NCBI RefSeq assembly: GCF_006345805.1
Contig: NC_043017.1
Location: 19,902,001 to 19,966,000, forward strand
Source of the DNA: Octopus sinensis
Taxonomy: Eukaryota
Direction: 5' to 3'
Length of the DNA stretch: 64,000 bases
The notes beneath the pieces were generated by a model. It did not search any database. It saw only the letters and a program-made list of their open reading frames with translations, and had not been told where the DNA came from. Shown here piece after piece: positions 26,894 to 39,429 of the stretch (positions are counted from its first letter, which is position 1; each line of letters starts with the position of its first letter). The position numbers were made by a program, and so were the translations under genes.

Positions 26894-27192
26894 TATGCAT
26901 ACCTACATATATATATATGTATATATTTATATGCATACATATATATATATGCATATATACATATATATATAATATATATATATATAATATATATATATAT
27001 AATATATATACACATATATACATATATATACATATATATATATACATATATATACATATATATATATATATATTATATATATATATACATATATATATAT
27101 ACATACATATATGCACACACCTATACATATATATACATATATGCATATATATATGCATACATATATACATACATATATATATGTAGATACGT

Positions 27193-27223
<31 letters not shown>

Positions 27224-27230
27224 GATACGT

Positions 27231-27277
<47 letters not shown>

Positions 27278-27768
27278 TGTGGGTGTATATATTACCTACA
27301 CACATATGTACAGATTGCATTCTTAAGCATTCTACTTGAATATACAGAAGAAAGCAACAGGAAAAAAACAAAAACAAATCAAAAGCAAAAACAAATGATT
27401 AAAAAAATATGCATTCTCAAAACAAAAACAAAACAAAAAAAAACCCCCAACTCTCCCACCCCCCTGCTCAGATTCTCTCCCCTCCACCCCTGCATTCTAT
27501 CTTTTACTGAACAAGCTGTGCCGAAAAACAAAGATCACTGTTACATATTGTTGCATCTTATGGTATCAAGAAAAGGTTGGCGTTTCCTCTTTTTTCTTCC
27601 TTTTGAAAAGAAGTGGAGGGGGGGAGGAAAAAGGGGGTTTGGCAAATATTTCCTTGGTTCTTATTCATATTGTTTATATTGTATTATATTATATTATGCT
27701 ATGTTACGTTACGTTATGTGTATAATTGGTAGTTCAGTCATATTACAATATTTGACTTGCCACAAAGA

Positions 27769-27806
<38 letters not shown>

Positions 27807-28093
27807 TAATAATAATAATAATAATAATAATAAGAAGAAGAAGAAGAAGAAGAAGTCACTGCTTTGCTTGCATACTTAGACAATTGCGTAACCTTGGTGG
27901 TTGTGTAATTTTAAAAAAACATCTTGAGCGTTCTCAGTTCATGTAATTGAATTAAATCATAAACTAAGCTGAAACATAAATAAATAAAAAGTATTTTGCA
28001 AAAATGCATGGCAGTGTGATAAGAAGCTTGCTTCCCAGCCACATGGTTCTGGGTTCAATCCCACCGTGTGGCATCTTGGGCAAGTGTCTTCTA

Positions 28094-28337
28094 TTGGGTT
28101 GGTGCATAATTATTACGGCTTTTTATCGATAAATTTTATTCAACAAAAACAATAACATGTAACGAAAACATCTTTAAATGATTATTCTGGAGCATATACA
28201 CCATCTACTTAAATTACTGGTTCCCGTTTGCTTGGCAGACCGTCAGACCATCATTTAAATATGTTTTTGTAAAATATCGTTGTTTTTGTTGAATAAAATT
28301 TGTTGAAAAAATCCGCAATAATTATGTACCAACCTAA
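28094..28337. mobile_element. mariner-type MITE with TA target duplication
   Basis: TIR ttgggttggtgcataattatt / aataattatgtaccaacctaa, TA at 28092-93 and 28338-39, inverted arms of about 90 bp. Internal minus-strand relic LPSKREPVI*VDGVYAPE* resembles a mariner transposase C-terminus. Confidence 0.9.
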
Positions 28338-28531
28338 TACTATAGCCTCATACCAACCAGCCTTGTGAGTGGATTTGGTAAATAGAAACTGAAAGAAGCT
28401 CATCATATATATATATATATAAATTCAGCAAAATTTAAGTTAAGGGCACCAGAATTTTGTATGGTATTATCCCATATAAATCAAATGGGGTGATTATAAT
28501 CAAAATAAGCAACAAGGATATCCAAGGTAGA

Positions 28532-28617
28532 GTAGTACAATTGTTTCATGCTACTTCATTTTATTAAACACTGTAAGTATTACATCAGTTTTAAAATGTC
28601 GAGCAATCTTCAGCCAC
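28532..28617 (-). ncRNA. Type I hammerhead ribozyme motif with enlarged loop II (family H2 element about 28420-28620)
   Basis: GUGG-CUGAAGA-U-UGCU...(about 50 nt)...AGCA-U-GAAAC-AAUU-GUA-CUAC. Stem I GUGG/CUAC, palindromic ACAAUUGU stem III, GUA cleavage triplet. Confidence 0.6.
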
Positions 28618-28969
28618 ATATATATATATACATATATATTTATGTGTGTGTCTTTGTGTCGTGTTTATCCCTCCACCATCGCTTGATAACTTATGTTGGT
28701 GTATTTATGTCCCTGTAACCTAGCAGTCCAGCTAAAGAGTCTGATAGAATAAGTTCTAGGTGGTCGGTTTCTTCGACTAAGAAACCCTCTAAGGTGGTGC
28801 TCCAGCATGGCCGCAGTCAAATGACTGAAACAAGTAAAAGAATAAAAAAAGTATAACAAAAGAAAGCTTGGATGCTGTAGCAGAGAAGCTGCCCTGTTGA
28901 TGTGAATATCTCTTTGAAAATCAAAGAAGAGGAGGATAACCATGGCCTAATGCTTCACGCCCTCCAGAT

Positions 28970-29420
28970 TCTGTAAACCTCCTCGAGGAATGTGAAGACG
29001 CAAGATGGAAAGCAGAACATTTTCCAATCGAAGTCGGATGTAGAGGGTTCGTTGGACACAGTGTAAGATGACTGTTGTTATCGCTAGGCCTAACTCATCG
29101 TAAAGTCAATACCATCCATGACTGATATCCAATCTACAGTGGAGAAGGCTAGCCACTGGATTTGGTTAAAAAGAGACGATGAGCGATGGCTAGAAGGATA
29201 TTGAGTTTAACTTCATAACCAGCTGAACTAGCAAGCAGGGCCTCATATCAGTGAGGTGGGGGGCCGGTGCGCATTGATGCCGTCGAGAGGTAGGCCCTGA
29301 AACGGCGTGCATTCTCTCCTGATGACCCCATACACTTGCTGGCTTCCGGTATACGGAGCTTTTGACTGGTAGCACTTGCATGTGCAAGTTGTTTGCAAGA
29401 CATCTGGATTACAAATTTAC
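28970..29420 (+). mobile_element. 3' end of a HERO/NeSL-like RLE non-LTR retrotransposon with GC-rich structured 3' UTR
   Basis: Translates NLLEECEDARWKAEHFPIEVGCRGFVGHSVR*LLLSLGL...[frameshift]...TVEKASHWIWLKRDDERWLEGY*. PIEVGCRGF and EKASxWIWLKR are typical of this group. Confidence 0.8.
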
Positions 29421-30648
29421 GTTTATACCGATAGTGAAGTGGTGCACTTGGGTTTCGTGAATAAATGCCGAAGTGAGAATAAGGTTTTCAGAAAGAGAAA
29501 CCAATCCCCTAACTAACAAATACTCTAAGTAAAAATATGTAAGGATTTTCTCAAGTTTAAAATGCGACACAAAGACACACATATACAAGTTTCTTTCAGT
29601 TTCCATCTATCAAATCCACTCACGAGGCTTTGGTCTGCTTGAGGTTATAATAAATGACATTTGTCCAAGGTGCTATGCACTGGGACTGAACCTGGAACCA
29701 CATGTTTGGGAAGCAAATTTCTTACCATACATTCACTCCAGTGCCTAGTACCACCCTTCCAACTAACCCCACTAGCAGAAAAGACAAAAAAAGAAGTTAA
29801 GTTTCGACCGCAACTCATTGTGCTTCTAGTAAAGATATCTAAAATTAATAAAATGTAAATGATAGAATAAATGTAAATACAAGTGTTGGTTTATTTGTGG
29901 AGGATGGAGGCGAATATTGAATATTGGTATCAGTTTTAGATAAAGAAGTAAAAGAAAATCTAATCAGACAAAAAGATTAAGAAAAACAAAAGATTTTAGT
30001 TTTTGCGAGACAGACAAATTTATATATTTTTTTCCCCCAATGATTGTAGCATAATATATTGGGCTGAGAGCCAAATATTTGATAAAAAAGTTAAAGAAAC
30101 ATTGTAATGTTGATCTAATCAAAATAACATTACACACGCACACACACACACATTTATATATATATATACATACACACATATGTGAAAAGCAGCCATGCTG
30201 GTGCCACATAAAAAGCACCCAGTACACTCTGTAAAGTGAGTGGCGTTAGGAAAGGCATCCAGCCACAGAAACTGTGCCAAAATGGTTAAATGGAGCCTGG
30301 TACAGCTCTCTGACTTGCCAGCTCCTGTCAAACCATCTAACCCAAGCCAGTATGGAAAGCAATTGTTAAATGATGAAGATAATTTTCCAGAGAGCGAGAG
30401 AGAAGCTGCTGTTATTTTTGACAAGTCCATGGGGAAGGCAGCTCTTTAAAGAGAAAGATACTGTGACATAAAACTTAGTCAAAAACAGTGACCGATCATT
30501 TTGCAATGCTCGTCACTGGAACCTACTATGGCAACTGAGAGAGTGACCAACAGGGTTGTCCAAGTTTTTCTCACTTAAATCCAGTGATATCCAGATGTCC
30601 CACTGCCATTCATTTCTTGATCCATTTTGTATTGTATAAAGTCCTATA

Positions 30649-30680
<32 letters not shown>

Positions 30681-30890
30681 CAAAACGGAAGTTTGAGAAA
30701 ATATGGTATACCAAATTTTTTCAGTCTTTTTGTTTGGAAACATAATTATTCTGCAAACTGAATTCACCAAAAATTTCAATCGTTATGGATAGCACATTCA
30801 AAATAAAACATCTATATACATACAAAGGATTAATGGAAAAATGCAAATCTGCTTCATAAGGACAGAGCTTGGATTATAACTCCCTCTAAA

Positions 30891-30931
<41 letters not shown>

Positions 30932-31010
30932 TTAATCTAAACATGAAAACACAACAACGCGAGGACGTGGAACAAGTATGGTATTATTGTACGCTCAGGA
31001 AAGAAGGAGG

Positions 31011-31045
31011 GTTTAACATTTCGAGTGGAGCCCTTCGTCAGAAAC
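31011..31045 (-). ncRNA. Minimal type I hammerhead motif (family H1 element 30930-31139)
   Basis: GUUU-CUGACGA-A-GGGC-UCC-ACUC-GAAAUGUU-AAAC; one stem II mismatch. Confidence 0.55.
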
Positions 31046-31137
31046 ATAGGAAAAGGAAAGATCCAAAGAAGGGAAGACGGAGGGAAAAAAATCGCCAACG
31101 GTACACATGCGGTCACATTCTGAATGACCGGAAGGGA

Positions 31138-31174
<37 letters not shown>

Positions 31175-31738
31175 AATATATGATGGTCTTCCATACAGTT
31201 TCTGCCTATCAAACCCACTAGAAAAGCATTGGTTGGTGCAGGGCTGTTGTAGAAGACACTTGCCCAAGGTGGGACTGAAACCAAGATCATGTGGTTGCAA
31301 AGCCAGCTTTTTGACCTCGCAACCACGACTGATAAACAGAATAAGGAAGTAGAATTACTGTCTCTATTCTTCCTGGAGCAGCAGTGATCGGCCGATATTA
31401 AAGTATGAAAGACAACAGAAAACACAACTAAGTCTTTAAGCTGCATCGATTTTTTTTTTTAAATTGCTTTTTGGAATCTTTTTTTTGCAGATTTGTAAAA
31501 GTGTGAAAGAAAAGTTGGAATTATGGTAAAAAGAAGAAAAAGAAAAAAATACAGGAAAATACCTCCAAAGAACATAGGATTAATTTCCCGAAAACTATTG
31601 ACAGATATAAATTGATTATGACTTAAGTCCATCTTAGTTGCAATAGCTGCAGGCTGTAAGGTGTCTGTGCTATCATCCTGAGTGCTACTTGTGTTAGGGT
31701 AGTGTAAACATGTGTGTGTATGTATGTATATATATCTA

Positions 31739-31776
<38 letters not shown>

Positions 31777-31985
31777 AAACGGAAGTTTGAGAAAATATGG
31801 TATACCAAATTTTTTCAGTCTTTTTGTTTGGAAACATAATTATTCTGCAAACTGAATTCACCAAAAATTTCAATCGTTATGGATAGCACATTCAAAATAA
31901 AACATCTATATACATACAAAGGATTAATGTAAAAATGCAAATCTGCTTCATAAGGACAGAGCTTGGATTATAACTCCCTCTAAAT

Positions 31986-32024
<39 letters not shown>

Positions 32025-32103
32025 TTAATCTAAACATGAAAACACAACAACGCGAGGACGTGGAACAAGTATGGTATTATTGTACGCTCAGGAAAGAAGG
32101 AGG

Positions 32104-32138
32104 GTTTAACATTTCGAGCGGAGCCCTTCGTCAGAAAC
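32104..32138 (-). ncRNA. Minimal type I hammerhead motif (family H1 element 32023-32230), intact core
   Basis: GUUU-CUGACGA-A-GGGC-UCC-GCUC-GAAAUGUU-AAAC. Confidence 0.65.
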
Positions 32139-32230
32139 ATAGGAAAAGGAAAGATCCAAAGAAGGGAAGACGGAGGGAAAAAAATCGCCAACGGTACACA
32201 TGCGGTCACATTCTGAATGACCGGAAGGGA

Positions 32231-32263
<33 letters not shown>

Positions 32264-33914
32264 AATATATGATGGTCTTCCATACAGTTTCTGCCTATCA
32301 AACCCACTAGAAAAGCATTGGTTGGTGCAGGGCTGTTGTAGAAGACACTTGCCCAAGGTGGGACTGAAACCAAGATCATGTGGTTGCAAAGCCAGCTTTT
32401 TGACCTCGCAACCACGACTGATAAACAGAATAAGGAAGTAGAATTACTGTCTCTAATTCTTCCTGGAGCAGCAGTGATCGGCCGATATTAAAGTATGAAA
32501 GACAACAGAAAACACAACTAAGTCTTTAAGCTGCATCGATTTTTTTTTTTAAATTGCTTTTTGGAATCTTTTTTTTGCAGATTTGTAAAAGTGTGAAAGA
32601 AAAGTTGGAATTATGGTAAAAAGAAGAAAAAGAAAAAAATACAGGAAAATACCTCCAAAGAACATAGGATTAATTTCCCGAAAACTATTGACAGATATAA
32701 ATTGATTATGACTTAAGTCCATCTTAGTTGCAATAGCTGCAGGCTGTAAGGTGTCTGTGCTATCATCCTGAGTGCTACTTGTGTTAGGGTAGTGTAAACA
32801 TGTGTGTGTATGTATGTATATATATCTATATATATATATATCTATATCTATATATATCTATATATAAAATTATAATTTGGGCTATCTAAGAGATACCTCT
32901 ATGCTGGAAATAGCAGCCAAAACTTGACTCTAAAACCACATTAAATGTTCATACAGCACCAGGAGAGAAGACAAAAAGGACAAAATAAACTAGTTTTGTC
33001 CTGTTATCTGCTTCTTGTACAGGTATCTTGACCATTAGGATACTTGTATTTTACTTCATCTAACCCAGTATCTGACTGGTATTCATTTTACTTGCTACAC
33101 CTGCACCAATGGGGTGAAAAGGGAAGTGGACATCATCAAGAATTGATCACAGGACACAAATGATGATCTTCTGATGTAAGAACTCAAATTTCGCTTGAAA
33201 TATCACCAAGAAGTTCTCTACAAGCAATGTAAATTCTTCTATATTCTGGTAAAGGACATAAAAATAAAATCAACCAAGTGTCATACCAGCTTAAAAGCCA
33301 TTCTATGAATGAACCCTAGAGAGAAATACTAATGTGTTAAGTAGGCGTAGGATGAAGTAAAAGGGCCCACATTTATAATGAACACATCAATCAAACTGCG
33401 TTGGCATTTCGCATGACAGAGAAAAGAATAAGACCATTCTTTGACGAAATAAATAGAATGACATGGAAGGTGGTTTAATCAGAAATGTATTATATACATG
33501 TCACTTATTTCACCATAAATCCATTGCTGATTAAGGCAAGAAGCAGGGTAATTAATTAACCAAACTCACTCGTTATCTTTAATGACCAATCATTGTCAAA
33601 CTATGGCTTGTTGCGGCAAGGTTGGATGAGCTATCTATTAAGGTCTGGGCAATTACTGACATGGACATATAATTCGTTTGAATTAACACAGAAATTTCAC
33701 CATCTAGATGACTCTGGCTGAAGAGAGGTGATTGGTGGAGGTCAATAGAATGCTACTTCGACATAAGCCTAGGCTTCATCAACCAAGATTGTCTTCACCT
33801 GGATGTGGGTGTATGTTGTATGACCTAAAACACACAATAACCCCAGGATTGAATGCTGATGATGGGTCTCATCATTTGTAATGGTATTGCATTTGTAAAT
33901 GTATGTCCTTTTAT

Positions 33915-35394
33915 CTTTTACCTTTTGTATTTGTTTCAGACATTGGACTGTGGCTGTCCTAGGGCAATGCTTTGAAGGGTTTAGTTGAACAAATTGACCC
34001 CTGTACTTATTTTATTTTTAAGGCTGGTACTTTTATTGAGTTGCTAAGTCACAGGGATCCAAACAAACCAACACTGGTTGTCAAGTGGTGGTGGAGAGAG
34101 ATGCAAGCGGGATCACACACACACACACACGTTGGGCTTCTTTCAATTTCTGTCTACAAAATGCACTCACAAGGGTTTACTTAACCTGGGGGCTATAATA
34201 GAAGACATTTGGCCAATGTGCCATGCTGTTCTTCACGTTCTGAGTTCAAATTCTACCAAGGGTAACTTTGCATTTCATTCTTTCAGGGTCTATAAAACAA
34301 GTATCAGTTGAACAACGTAATTGTCTTACCCCTTCTCTCAAAATCCCTGGCCTTTGGTCATAATTTGAAAGCAATATTCAAAGCAAAGGGACATTAAATG
34401 CAAACCAGTAGTAATTATGCAAAGGTTGGGGAACAAAAAAGTTAGTGCAGGTATGGCTGTGGGGTTAAGAAGCTCGCTTTGCAATCAGGTGGCTTCAAGT
34501 TCAGTTCCGTTATGGGGCACCTTGAGCAAGTGTCTTCTATTATTGTCCTTGGTTGACCGAAGCCTTGTAAGTTGATTTGGTAGACGGAAACTGTGTGGAA
34601 GACTGTCATATATGTGTGCGTGTGTTTGTTTGTCATGTTTGACATGTGTGGCTTGACTACAAGTGTTGGTTTGTTTATGTCCCTCTAATCTAGCAGTTTA
34701 GCAATAGAGACAAATAAAATAAGTAGCAGACTTTAAAAACAAACAAACAAAAGCAAAACAAAACACAAGAACTGGGGTCAGTCTGTTCAATTAAAATCCT
34801 TGAATGTAATGCTCCAGCATGGCCACAGTCAAATGACTGAAACAAGTAAAAGATAAAAAGAAAGAAGAGTAGAAGACAATAGTGGATATATTCCAACCTT
34901 ATTATGGCCTCATCAGTAAAGTCTATATTTTGCTGCATTTAAGGAAGTAGTGATGGCAAAATCATTTGGTAAATGTACAAAGAATGTATCCACCTGATCT
35001 GTGGCCTGACCCCTTCTTTTATACTTAAACCCTTTCTCCCATAGCATAAGACCAATTTCTTCTCCACGGTAATCCCTGCATCCCCACTCCCACAAAAGAT
35101 GTATCAGGTACATACACACCTGTATTAATACATACACATGTCCCACACAAACACATACTTCAGAAGGAACAAGTACAGAGTAACAATTCATATACATACA
35201 TATACATTGCACAGAAGAAGTAAAACGTAGGCACAGGAGTGGCTGTGTGGTAAGTAGCTTGCTTACCAACCACTTGGTTCCGGGTTCAGTCCCACTGCGT
35301 GGCACCTTGGGCAAGTGTCTTCTACTATAGCCTCGGGCCTACCAAAGCCTTGTGAGTGGATTTGGTAGACGGAAACTGAAAGAAGCCCGTCGTA

Positions 35395-35454
<60 letters not shown>

Positions 35455-35640
35455 TGTGTGTGTGTTTGTGTGTGTGTGTTTGTCCCCCAAGCATTGCCTG
35501 ACAACCGATGCTGGTGTGTTTATGTCTCAGTCACTTAGCGGTTCAGCAAAAGAGACCGATAGTATAAGTACTGGGCTTACAAAGAATAAGTCCCGGGGTC
35601 GATTTGCTCGACTAAAGGCGGTGCTCCAGCATGGCCGCAG
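33915..35640. mobile_element. SINE cluster: B(-) 33915-34225, A fragment, B(+) 34445-34860, young B(+) 35228-35640
   Basis: Family motifs. Confidence 0.85.
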
Positions 35641-36005
35641 AGAAAGAGAAAGAAAGAGAAAGAGACATTCATACACTTACACACACACACACACATACAG
35701 ACCCACACACTTGCAACAGGGACAATCTGTGACATGCATGATTGTATTTAGACATATACATACACAATCACACACACACACATACATATAAGTAAAACAT
35801 ACAGTACAAACAGCATACACACAAACACACATTAAAATATACAGAACAGAAATAGCATACACATACACACACACATTAAAATACATGCATGAAACGAAAG
35901 TAGAACACATACACACACATCAAAGAGTAAAACTTAACCTAACCAACCAAGATATCTTATTACATTCCTCAGAGACAGTAGCAGCCATGCTACCATTTTC
36001 CTTTC

Positions 36006-36055
<50 letters not shown>

Positions 36056-36115
36056 TTCGCTCAATGGCAATAGAAATAATTCACACATTATGACCAACCT
36101 AATGGAACCACTTCC

Positions 36116-36149
<34 letters not shown>

Positions 36150-37059
36150 GTAATAGTAGTAGTGAGAATAATGATGGTGGTGGTGGTGACGATGATGATG
36201 TTGGTGATGATGATGATGAAGAGGAGGAAAAGGAGAAGGGTTGGTTTTTTTAATGATTCCACTTGTGAAATAAAACAGAGCCGTACAAACTCTCCACCTC
36301 TTGAGGGTTCTTGTGAATATGTGCCAATTCTTCATGCAAGGAACAGGTTGTTGTACGACCAAATTTCTGACTAAAGAGGATGCTTTTATGGCACTCAAAG
36401 CTCTAAGAAACAATATCAGAGAAGGCGTGAAAATTAAGGGGAAAAAAACCCCTTTGAAAAGAGCATTGTTTTTATTGTTGTTGTTGCTGGTGTTGCTGTT
36501 GTTTAGTCCTCGGCCATTCCTAATGAAGCAGGCTTATAATTCAAACCTGGCTTTTATCCAGGCATTGTATATCTAAGACAAATTATTTGGTAAGAAGTTG
36601 ATTTTTTTATAAGGTAGTCAAATGTAATTTAAGGATGAATTGGCTGCTATTTCTAACAGATCAAATAACCACTTAGAGGTTCTTGGCTTAGTTATGCCTT
36701 CATTGTAGTTTAGTCCCAGGTCATTCTTGATCAAGCAGGTTTAGGATTCCAGCCTGACTTTTATTCAAGCATTGTGTATCAAGGACTACAATATTCAATG
36801 TGAACTCAGATTAAAAAAAAAAAATATCATTGAACGTGATTTAAAGGTGATTTGGCTGTTATTTCTCACTGTATATGCAACTGTTTATTTTCTTGCTTGG
36901 GAACCCAGGTGAAGGTTAAAGCTAGACATAGGGGCCCAGGTCTGAGAGGGTTAAAATCCATTCGAATCAAGGCTATCAGAATGTATTATAAGAATATAAA
37001 CCAACCCCAGCCTTCACTGGTGCCTCATTTTATTTCTACTCCTCAACAACAATAAGCCA

Positions 37060-37610
37060 TGCATGCATGCATCAGCCCACAGCCTCCCACCTCATGTCTA
37101 TCCATCACATGGACATCATAAGGCGGCGAGCTGGCAGAATCATTAGCACGCAGGGCGAAATGCTTAGCAGTATTTCATCTGCCGCTACGTTCTGAGTTCA
37201 AATTCCGCCAAGGTCGACTTTGCCTTTCATCCTTTTGGGATCGATTAAATAAGTACCAGTTACGCACTGGGGTCGATATAATCGACTTAATACCTATGTC
37301 TGTCCTTGTTTGTCCTCTCTGTGTTTAGCCCCTTCTGGGTAGTAAAGAAATAGGTATGGACATGTCCTTCAGCTCCTGCCAAATCATCCTACTAGGGCTT
37401 TCTCGCATTCGACGCAGCTGCTGCAGGCTGGAAGAGGCCTTGAGGCAGGCCCCACACCAGATGGTTGGTCATGTTTGGGGAGGGCCTTCAGAGGCTTTAC
37501 ATCACCTTAGGGGATGCAGTGGGTCTGGCAGAGGACTGCCAGCAATAAAGAGCACTGGTGGACCTGGTCAACTCTGCACTTGACGATGCCTCTGGGGCCA
37601 CTAACTTGGG
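37060..37610 (+). mobile_element. RTE-like LINE 3' fragment interrupted by a young SINE A (37120-37354)
   Basis: After the SINE it reads YGHVLQLLPNHPTRAFLAFDAAAAGWKRP*GRPHTRWL (GHV...W.RP.GRP..RW motif). Confidence 0.75.
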
Positions 37611-38422
37611 ATGTCCCTACCTTTTCAAGCAAAGAGCATGAAGCAAGCAAATGAGCATTGTGTCTGGAAAATTCCTCCGAAGAAATTTCACCAATTAAGA
37701 AAATTTGTTGTAAGTACATTATATCAGCAAGTTTTTAAATAAAAAAAACAAAAAGAATGATAAAAAGTTTTATAAAAGCATTAAAGATTTTATTCAACAT
37801 CTAACATTGAAATAATGTATAAGGTGGTTGGTGTTAGGAAGGGCATCCAGCTGAAGAAACCGTGCCAAAACAGATAGCAAAGCATGGTGTAGTCTTCTGG
37901 TTTGCTAGCACCTGACAAACTGTCTAACCCATGCCAGCATGGAAAACAGACATTAAATGATGATGATAATAAGGCCATTGTACATGAAATTTCCTGAAGC
38001 AAAAATATTTGCGGTGAAATTTCCTGTAACCAAGCTGCAAAACCTAAAAGTCAGGCAAACTAAGTAAAGTGCCCTCTTGAGAAATATCATGAAATAAGAG
38101 AGCAATGGTATTGAACCTGTGACCCTTGAGGAGATAAATATGTATGTTTTAGCCTACTTGGCCATCTCCGTTTCCTTTTAGTAGGTCATCGAGATAAACA
38201 GGTTATAGTTCTGTTTTGTTTTCGTCATCAGTCTCCTCCGCTAGGACTTGGTATCCAAACAGAATTACAAAGAGAAATCTCCAGGTTATTAGTTGGCACG
38301 CTCAATAGCTTATCTTATATTCAGTGGTGTATACATGTGTGCATGGGTGTATAAACACACATACAGACACACAAATACACACACTACTAGAGTTGCTTAT
38401 GTGTGTGTGTGTGTGTGTGTGC

Positions 38423-38482
<60 letters not shown>

Positions 38483-38533
38483 TCAGACATATAGGTACAT
38501 ATTTGTGTGTTTATATAAATACACACATATATG

Positions 38534-38596
<63 letters not shown>

Positions 38597-38767
38597 TCCC
38601 ATACACACGTGTCTAGAATATCAATAAGGAGGCCTTAAGAGAAATCATTAGCTTTGTGTTCGTGTATATATATGTATAGACCTGTTTGTGTGCGTACGTG
38701 GTTTTGTGAGCACAATATACAGTCAGTGTATATACACATACAACCCTACTGAAAGACATCTCCATAT

Positions 38768-38810
<43 letters not shown>

Positions 38811-39135
38811 CACAGTCTAACAATTGATGTGTTTGTTTCGGGAAATTTTCTAATTTGTAGGATATCTAATTTATTTGTTCTACCCAATTAATTTCTACAT
38901 TTAAAGACAGATTAATAATAAATAAAAGAGATATTTATCTAGCTTTCGGCCAGCATATATACATACATATATTCACACACACACATATACAGATGAGCAA
39001 ACATAAGAAGACTTTGCACACACATAAACACGTATATAGACACAAATACCTACTTACATAAAATGTTGCTGAATATTTTAGTATCTCTTAACTTAAACCT
39101 ACACTATATACAAAGAAATAAATACTATACATACA

Positions 39136-39171
<36 letters not shown>

Positions 39172-39429
39172 CACACATATATATCAATGAAAAAATCCAG
39201 TGAAGTCTGTGAAGTTAGAGTGAGTAGATCCAATGGTAATCTGGGTGGTGTGTTGGTATGTGGATGAGGAGAAGTGCTGAAAGTTCAGGAAGTGGTTCAG
39301 AGATGCAAGTCTAAACAGTAGGAAGTTCAGTCAGAATCAGTTGATCATACACCTGTCTTCGTCTTTTGTTTTTCTATAAACTTCAACTATATATAAATTT
39401 ATCTATCTATCTAGCTATATATGCATATA

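Larger units (their letters stand above)
28005..28855 (+). mobile_element. SINE family B hosting a mariner MITE and a hammerhead element
   Basis: Head 28005-28093, resumes 28340-28410, tail 28640-28855. Confidence 0.85.
30646..32835 (+). repeat. Near-identical tandem duplication, period about 1094 bp
   Basis: caaaacggaagtttgag at 30681 and 31775. Junctions lie in (TA)n and only a few differences are visible. Confidence 0.95.

Noticed and set aside
26798-27946. 382-aa ORF and the many other YI/HT/CV-repeat ORFs
   Set aside because: These are translations of (TA)n, (CA)n and (AAT)n microsatellites.
33571-33718. Minus-strand exon-like segment with acceptor and gtgagt donor
   Set aside because: All three frames contain a stop before the donor; it could only be non-coding.
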